A stretch of 31,268 nt of DNA from Candidatus Heimdallarchaeota archaeon (GTDB taxonomy: Archaea > Asgardarchaeota > Heimdallarchaeia > Heimdallarchaeales > Heimdallarchaeaceae): the NCBI GenBank assembly GCA_016839945.1, contig JAEOTE010000104.1, positions 1-31,268 on the forward strand, given 5' to 3'. A model generated the notes under the pieces. It worked only from the letters and a program-made list of their open reading frames with translations. It searched no databases and was not told where the DNA came from. The translations under genes were made by a program, and so were the position numbers. Below, one piece after another: positions 25,118 to 31,268 of this stretch; the stretch's first letter is position 1, and every line of letters starts with the position of its first letter.

Positions 25118-27142
25118 ATGTCTTCTCGTATTTACGATTCAATCAAAGATAAGATTAAAGAAATCCTAAAAGAACATTATAATTTGGATACTGAGGTAGT
25201 ATGGAATAAACCTCCATCTCCAAAAATGGGGGATATCAGTTTTCCTTTATTTAATATTGCAAAGATCCAAAAATCTACACCTGATGAAATAGGCAAGAGA
25301 ATAATTGAAAAGTTATCCGTGCCAAAATACATAAACAAGCTTGAATTAAAAGATGGCTTTCTAAATATCTTCTTAGAGAAAAATTCTTTCGCAAAAAAAA
25401 CTTTGTTAGAAACGATAAAACAACCAAATTATGGTCAAAATACATCAAAAGCATCTGAAAGAATAATAATAGAACATACATCTAGCAATCCAGTGGGACC
25501 ATTACATATTGGAAATGTAAGAGGATCAGTTTTGGGTGATGTGCTTGGAAGATTATACAAATTCCAAGGTGCAGCAGTTAATGTTAGGTATTATATTAAT
25601 GATTTAGGAAGACAAATTGCTCCATTAATAATAGGATATAACTTACTTATGGAAGAAAAAGTAAAACCTGATTCAAAGATAGATCTTTGGATAGGGAAAA
25701 TCTATGCAATAGTGAATACATTTCTAGAGATTCAGCAACTTAAATATCAACTTAAAGTTTTAAACATCAAGATTAAAACAGAATCCAAATTATACGAATT
25801 AAATCCTGAAGATGTAAAAAAATATCTTTCTCATTTAGAAAACTCTAAAACTGAACAACAGGAAAAAGACAATTTAACTAAATGGCTTCAAAAATTAGAG
25901 AGAGTCAGCACATCTCTTCAGAAAAGATTACCTAAATTGTACTCGCTTTTATTCAACTTAGTGGAGGACAATATCGAAGATTTAAACAAATTAACAATAG
26001 AATATGTTATAAAATATCAAGAAGGAAAAGATGAGGAAATAGTTAGCAGTTTTAGGGAAGTATCTAGAGAAGCAATTTCTGGTCATGTTACAACATTGAA
26101 TCTTTTCAATATATTCCATGATGACTTTGATTGGGAATCTGATGTGGCATGGTCAGGAGAAGTGACTCACATATTGAAAGAATTAGAACAGAATTCTGTT
26201 CTAAGACATGATGGACATGCAAGACTGCTAGCAAATGATAAAATAGCAACAAATTTTGGATTTAAGGAAAAATACAACATAAAATATGAAATTCCTGATT
26301 TAATAATTGTCAACTCTGAAGGCATAACTTTGTATCCTTGTAGAGATATTGCTTATCATTTACATAAATTAGATAAGTTTGATGCAACTTTTTGCTACAA
26401 CGTAATTAGTAAACAGCAACAATTGGCACAATTAACAGTGCGCTTAGCTTTATACGCTCTAGGGAATCAAGATATTGCTGATAGGATATCACATTTTGAT
26501 TACGAATATGTATCCTTAGTTGGTAGAAAAATGGCAGGGAGAGAATTCGAATATGTCACCCCAGATGAGTTATATGATGCTGTGAAAACTGAGGTTGATT
26601 TATTACTAAAAGAGAGAAATTATACAGAGGAAGAAAGTCAAGAAATTTCTAGAAAAGTATCAGCTAGTAGTGTTAAGTATTATATCCTAAAAATGGACCC
26701 ACAAAAAGCAGTTGCTTTTGATGTAAAAAAAGCAGTAAGTCTTAATGAAAATACTGGACCATTTCTTCAATATTCATATGCAAGAGCACTTAATATCCTA
26801 AAGAAAGCAAAGGAAGAAAAAATAGATTTTCAAACTATACTTGATTCTGCTCAAGATCTAAAATTTGAAATCGAAAAGAAAGAAGAATGGGATCTGCTAC
26901 AACTAATTGAAGAGCTTCCATCTATTATAGTTAAAGCTGTTGATTCCCTTCGTCCTGATTCTATTGCAAATTTCTCTTATTCATTAGCTTCTACTTTTCA
27001 TAAATTCTATGATGTTTGTTCAGTCCTTAAAGCTGAAACTGAAGAGTTAAAGGCTACAAGAATGATTTTAGTATACTCAACAATTAAGTGTCTAGAAAGT
27101 TTATTCGAAATAATGGGTATAGACACATTAGAAAGAATGTAG
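25118..27142 (+). CDS. argS: Arginine--tRNA ligase
   Basis: EHTSSNPVGPLHIGNVR (HIGH variant), YYINDLGRQ, RDIAYH, KMAGR, GPFLQYSYARA, FHKFY, terminal ERM. SD AGGTGAT at 25102-25108. Confidence 0.98.
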   Translation: MSSRIYDSIKDKIKEILKEHYNLDTEVVWNKPPSPKMGDISFPLFNIAKIQKSTPDEIGKRIIEKLSVPKYINKLELKDGFLNIFLEKNSFAKKTLLETIKQPNYGQNTSKASERIIIEHTSSNPVGPLHIGNVRGSVLGDVLGRLYKFQGAAVNVRYYINDLGRQIAPLIIGYNLLMEEKVKPDSKIDLWIGKIYAIVNTFLEIQQLKYQLKVLNIKIKTESKLYELNPEDVKKYLSHLENSKTEQQEKDNLTKWLQKLERVSTSLQKRLPKLYSLLFNLVEDNIEDLNKLTIEYVIKYQEGKDEEIVSSFREVSREAISGHVTTLNLFNIFHDDFDWESDVAWSGEVTHILKELEQNSVLRHDGHARLLANDKIATNFGFKEKYNIKYEIPDLIIVNSEGITLYPCRDIAYHLHKLDKFDATFCYNVISKQQQLAQLTVRLALYALGNQDIADRISHFDYEYVSLVGRKMAGREFEYVTPDELYDAVKTEVDLLLKERNYTEEESQEISRKVSASSVKYYILKMDPQKAVAFDVKKAVSLNENTGPFLQYSYARALNILKKAKEEKIDFQTILDSAQDLKFEIEKKEEWDLLQLIEELPSIIVKAVDSLRPDSIANFSYSLASTFHKFYDVCSVLKAETEELKATRMILVYSTIKCLESLFEIMGIDTLERM

Positions 27143-27152
27143 AGGAAAAAGG

Positions 27153-28154
27153 ATGAATAATGATTCAATGATTTATGGAGGATTCGATTTAACATTCATT
27201 GACATTGATGTCAAACCCTTAGACTCGAAATCTCATCAGTTAATAGAAACATTTCCTCCATTTAGATCACACCATACTAACACAGAAGTTAAATTATTTC
27301 CAGGAGGAAATGGTTTTAATCTTTGTAGAACTCTTGCTACACTCGGGAGAGAAGTCACTTTTGTAGGACCTTCTTCCTCTTTCTATGAAAAACTTGTTGA
27401 TCAAAATAACATCGATGTTAACATTTTTCCTATAGAGGGAGTTGATGTCAATTATACCATTATTGTGAATTCATTAAAGGGAGAAATACAATTTAACTCC
27501 ATAAATAATAACTTATCAACTGAACATCTTAATGATGAATTGATAGAAATTTATAGAAGAAGCTCATTAAAATCAATAAGTAATATTGCATTGAATCCAA
27601 CTTCAATGGATTGGATTAGCTCACTATTATTAAGTCTGTTTGATAGGAATATGTGCATAGAGGAATTAAAGAACTTATCATTTGAAGAAAAGCTAAATAG
27701 TTTTTCTAGCACCTCTATTGATGGTATTTTGTTCATTGATCCTTCTGACATTTCATCTTTCAAAAACATGAATCAATTTGCACAAATATTGAAAAAAGTA
27801 AAACTACTAGAAGGAGAGAAGTACCTTTCAGTAAATGAATATGAATTAGAAGTTTTACTTTCATTTTTTGGCAAATCACCTCAAGAGTTTGCAAAAAAAT
27901 TAGAGTTCCCAATAATCTTACATACTGCAAATTTTGTGAAATTTTTTGGAAAAGAGTATCTTGAACTCCAAACAAAAAAACCTGAGAAGAAAACAACTTT
28001 TGTAGGGGCTGGTGATTGTTTCAATGGATCCTTTCTACATTCAATTTTAGATTCTTTTTCTGTTTATGATTCTCTAAAATGTGCAATAGAGTCTGCAACT
28101 TATTTAATAGAAACAGGTTTTTACCCAACTGAAAATGTCATAAAGGATATATAA
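27153..28154 (+). CDS. PfkB/ribokinase-family carbohydrate or nucleoside kinase
   Basis: PGGNGFNLCRTLATLG, VNEYE, anion-hole VGAGDCFNG. Confidence 0.88.
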   Translation: MNNDSMIYGGFDLTFIDIDVKPLDSKSHQLIETFPPFRSHHTNTEVKLFPGGNGFNLCRTLATLGREVTFVGPSSSFYEKLVDQNNIDVNIFPIEGVDVNYTIIVNSLKGEIQFNSINNNLSTEHLNDELIEIYRRSSLKSISNIALNPTSMDWISSLLLSLFDRNMCIEELKNLSFEEKLNSFSSTSIDGILFIDPSDISSFKNMNQFAQILKKVKLLEGEKYLSVNEYELEVLLSFFGKSPQEFAKKLEFPIILHTANFVKFFGKEYLELQTKKPEKKTTFVGAGDCFNGSFLHSILDSFSVYDSLKCAIESATYLIETGFYPTENVIKDI

Positions 28155-28225
28155 CACATAGAATAATACATTAGTATTATCACCAGACTAATATAATAAA
28201 AAAACAAAGGAAGAATGTATAACTA

Positions 28226-29260
28226 ATGTCCTTACATGTTGAAGATTCGAAGGAATACAAATCTATTGAACGAAGGATTGAGATACTCAATCTCCTTAAG
28301 GAATATTATGGTACAGGAGGGAATTTCTATGATTTTGATACAGGAGAAATTCCTCTTCGAGAATTAATTGCATTTATGACAGATGAAGGATATCCACGAA
28401 GTTTACCAGAAGCAGAAGTTGTTATTCAAAGAATTCATGATGAAATTCTTGAGCTAGAAAACAAAAAGAGAGATATGAGGTTATCAGAAATAAAATCAAG
28501 ACATCTCAATTCTTTACTAATAATTACTTCTTGGACTAAGTTAATTGGTACTCCAACTAAAGGTGTTTACTTAGATAAACCCGTTACTGACTTAAGAAGA
28601 GATACAATAGTGATGCTGACAGATGAAACTCAAACCTTTAAGGAAATTACTGATGAAAGAATAGCTGTGATTTTTGGACCTGGTATTTATTATTCAGAAT
28701 TTGCTGTAGATAGCGGGAATTATCTGGAAGATTATCTAGAAATCAATGGAATATGTTTACCTCTAGATTTACTTGGAAAAATATACACAGCTGAAAAGAT
28801 TTACCATTCAGATAAGATTGAAGCAACTATTACAGAAGTTTCTACAATTCTACCATTTCATATCATAGAACAAGCAGAAACAGTACAAACATATGTAAAA
28901 GGAATTATCAGTAGGAATGTTATTCATCCAAACAAGATTGCTTTAGATAAATTCAATCAACACATATCAGATCCTGCTTCATATCAAACGAGTTCTGGTT
29001 TTAAAATTATGTCGGCACATCCATTATGGTATAATAAATTATTAGTAGAATCTGATCATTTCTTTAGGACAGGTAGTGGAAAAATTGCTTATAGTACAGC
29101 AGGTATTGGATCTCTTTCTGGTATGGTTCACAAATTGAAACCATTATTCTTCCCAACTCCAGCAGATGAAAAAAATCAATTAGAAAGGATAAGCGAAATC
29201 GTGAAACAATATCGAGAAATGGGACATAAACTACTGAAAGCTTGGATGCCTTCATACTAG
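28226..29260 (+). CDS. Hypothetical protein (344 aa, soluble)
   Basis: Long ATG ORF with normal composition and an upstream TATA-like atataataaa. No family recognised. Confidence 0.85.
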   Translation: MSLHVEDSKEYKSIERRIEILNLLKEYYGTGGNFYDFDTGEIPLRELIAFMTDEGYPRSLPEAEVVIQRIHDEILELENKKRDMRLSEIKSRHLNSLLIITSWTKLIGTPTKGVYLDKPVTDLRRDTIVMLTDETQTFKEITDERIAVIFGPGIYYSEFAVDSGNYLEDYLEINGICLPLDLLGKIYTAEKIYHSDKIEATITEVSTILPFHIIEQAETVQTYVKGIISRNVIHPNKIALDKFNQHISDPASYQTSSGFKIMSAHPLWYNKLLVESDHFFRTGSGKIAYSTAGIGSLSGMVHKLKPLFFPTPADEKNQLERISEIVKQYREMGHKLLKAWMPSY

Positions 29261-29268
29261 TGTATTAA

Positions 29269-29793
29269 TTATAAAACTTCTATTTTTGCCATGTTTTCCA
29301 GAGCTCTTTTTTCAATTTCTAAAGGTTCTTTTTGACATTCATAGAATCTACTTAATTCATCTATTTCAGATAAAGGAAGGGTTAAAGTTATTTCTTTATC
29401 TTTGAGGATTTTTGATTCTTCTAAAAACGATTCCAAATTCTGTTTGTTTTCTTTATTCGATCCACCAAACGCTATAAATAAAAGATGTGAAGATTCCTTT
29501 TTAATTCCGAATAACTCAACAGCATTAATAATCTGTCTTCTTCCAGATAGACGTATTAAAAATTCAGTAGCTTTGTCTCTTGCTATGTTTCTTTTTGTTT
29601 CAAAAGCTTTCATTGTATGATAAACCGCTACTTTCAATTGTTTTTCGCTAACTATCCATTTTGGATCTATTATCTGTAATATTGAGGGAATTGTTTTTTT
29701 GGATTTAATGTTTTCAACTAGTTCTTCTACATTGTAATCTGAAGGAGCTTCATATATCCTAAAAACGAGAAACACTTCATTTCCTTCCTTCAT
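29269..29793 (-). CDS. cgi121: KEOPS complex subunit Cgi121
   Basis: QIIDP..IVSEKQLKVAVYHTMKAF..NIARDKATEFLIRLSGRRQI..AVELFG..ALENMA. Confidence 0.92.
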   Translation of the reverse strand: MKEGNEVFLVFRIYEAPSDYNVEELVENIKSKKTIPSILQIIDPKWIVSEKQLKVAVYHTMKAFETKRNIARDKATEFLIRLSGRRQIINAVELFGIKKESSHLLFIAFGGSNKENKQNLESFLEESKILKDKEITLTLPLSEIDELSRFYECQKEPLEIEKRALENMAKIEVL

Positions 29794-29801
29794 TTCCTTC
29801 T

Positions 29802-31268
29802 CTACAGCTCCTTAGGACCTCTTATAACTTCAAGAATCATTTTTTCTGTATCTATTGGTTCTAATTCTGATGTTGCAATTTTAATTGCTGAAGTTAGACG
29901 ACTTTCTGATGACGAATGAATTTCAAACAATGGATCTCCTTTCTTATATTTCTCTCCTCTCTTCACTTTTAGTAAGACTCCTGCTGTTTTGTCACTAGGA
30001 GCACCAGCTTGTCTGGCAATAGTAGATATAGCTGCACTATCAACTCCATAGACGACACCATCGCCTTTTGCATCAATTGAATCTATGTAGTCAGCTTTTG
30101 GAATATCATCAACTTTGATGTTCTTATTCCCACCTTGTCCCTCAACTATTTCTCTAAATTTTGTTAGTGCTTTACCACTTCTTAGTACTTCTTCTGCATA
30201 CTCAAATCCATAACCACGTGGACACCAGTTGTGAGCTTCAAGAATTATCCCAGAAAGAGAAAGTGATTTTCTCATCAAATCACTACTCCCACTTTGATCA
30301 ATTAGAATACTTAAGACATCTCTTGCTTCCAGAGCTGGTCCAATCATTGTTCCTATTGGTCTATCTCCTGGACTAATAATACAATCTAATTTTATTTTCA
30401 ATGAATATCCAAGAGAAGTGAATAAGCTCCCTACTTCTTGAGCGTCTTCTCTATGAACAACCTTAGCTCCCTTTCCAGTAGGTAAATCAATAAGAACATA
30501 TTCTGATCCTGCAGCTATTTTCTTTGATAATATACTAGCAACCATGAATTCTTTGGGATCTATTTTGATTGTTTCAAGCACACTAATTATTTTATCAGAT
30601 ACATCCGCTAATCCTACTGTTTCACCACTGACAATACATCCTCCAGTAGTGTCTACTACGTTTGCCATTTCTTCTAAAGTGAGTTCACATGGCATTAGTA
30701 ACTCTACAGAATCTATTGTACCTGCTGGGGAAGTTATTGCTCTTGTTGAAACCTTTGGAATTGTTAAGCCTGCAGCTGCTAATATAGGGATCATAATAGG
30801 TGTAATTCTATTACCCGCAATCCCTCCTATAGAATGCTTATCAACAACAGGTTTTTTCTTTGGTTCAAGTATTTGTGAGTTAGCAATTATTGCTTTTGCA
30901 ATTGATGTTGTTTCTTCAATTGTTAATCCTTGAACCTGGAATAATGACATTAATACTGCAATTTGTGTTGGATGCAGTAAGTTCTTATCTATAGCTTCAA
31001 AGATTGAATTTATCTCTTCTTCTTTTAGAGTATCTCCTCTCATTTTCTTATGAATTAAAAGAATAATATTTTCATTTGTAAATTCTTTAATAACAATTTC
31101 ATCACTACGATGAATACCATATTCCTTGGAAATTTTAGTAGAGATTCCCACTTGATTTTCTGGATAATTATCACTAGTGGATACTTTTAAACCAATATTA
31201 AAAGGTGAAATCTCAACTAATTGTCCAGGCATAATTTCATATTTTTTAGCCAGATTTGAATTAATAAG
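29802..31268 (-). CDS. deoA: AMP phosphorylase (archaeal thymidine-phosphorylase-like), 5'-truncated at the window edge
   Basis: DKHSIGGIAGN, PKVSTRAITSPAGT, SILSKK.AAG, IDLPTGKGAK, IGPALEA, AGAPSDKTAG. The frame stays open upstream of ATG 31232 to the edge (LINSNLAKKYEI-MPGQLV), which fits the N-terminal double-psi barrel of archaeal AMP phosphorylases. Confidence 0.93.
   Translation of the reverse strand, partial: LINSNLAKKYEIMPGQLVEISPFNIGLKVSTSDNYPENQVGISTKISKEYGIHRSDEIVIKEFTNENIILLIHKKMRGDTLKEEEINSIFEAIDKNLLHPTQIAVLMSLFQVQGLTIEETTSIAKAIIANSQILEPKKKPVVDKHSIGGIAGNRITPIMIPILAAAGLTIPKVSTRAITSPAGTIDSVELLMPCELTLEEMANVVDTTGGCIVSGETVGLADVSDKIISVLETIKIDPKEFMVASILSKKIAAGSEYVLIDLPTGKGAKVVHREDAQEVGSLFTSLGYSLKIKLDCIISPGDRPIGTMIGPALEARDVLSILIDQSGSSDLMRKSLSLSGIILEAHNWCPRGYGFEYAEEVLRSGKALTKFREIVEGQGGNKNIKVDDIPKADYIDSIDAKGDGVVYGVDSAAISTIARQAGAPSDKTAGVLLKVKRGEKYKKGDPLFEIHSSSESRLTSAIKIATSELEPIDTEKMILEVIRGPKEL

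Noticed and set aside
25700-25990. Long helical insertion in the ArgRS catalytic domain
   Set aside because: Variable helical insertions at this position are normal in archaeal ArgRS, and there are no intein (C/S...HN) signatures.
1-31268. tRNA/rRNA genes, CRISPR arrays, transposases, integrases
   Set aside because: No GC-rich RNA-like islands, regularly spaced repeats or recombinase motifs were seen by eye.

Overview
AT-rich, gene-dense archaeal chromosome segment, most likely from an Asgard archaeon (Heimdallarchaeia-like). This assignment is an inference from archaeal-type AlaRS, ArgRS, Cgi121, AMP phosphorylase and SepF occurring together with two roadblock/LC7 proteins, a longin-like protein and eukaryote-like primase subunits. 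It holds about 27 CDSs. These include a minus-strand replication/repair run (XPD helicase, hypothetical, secreted PLD/lamin-tail protein, DinB, PriL, PriS) and a divergent plus-strand run (TPR, PD-(D/E)xK nuclease with PIP box, longin-like, roadblock, DUF5752-like) preceded by a strongly self-complementary leader. A membrane-anchored S8 protease with Site-1-protease-like architecture and several housekeeping genes follow. I saw no tRNA, rRNA, CRISPR array or transposase. The most notable observations are a TFS/RpoM-like zinc ribbon fused to XPD, a GlyRS-insertion-like zinc ribbon inside PriS, a four-stem RNA-like fold with an alternative pairing at 13792-13911, and the S1P-like protease. All family assignments come from motif recognition by eye; no searches or alignments were run.
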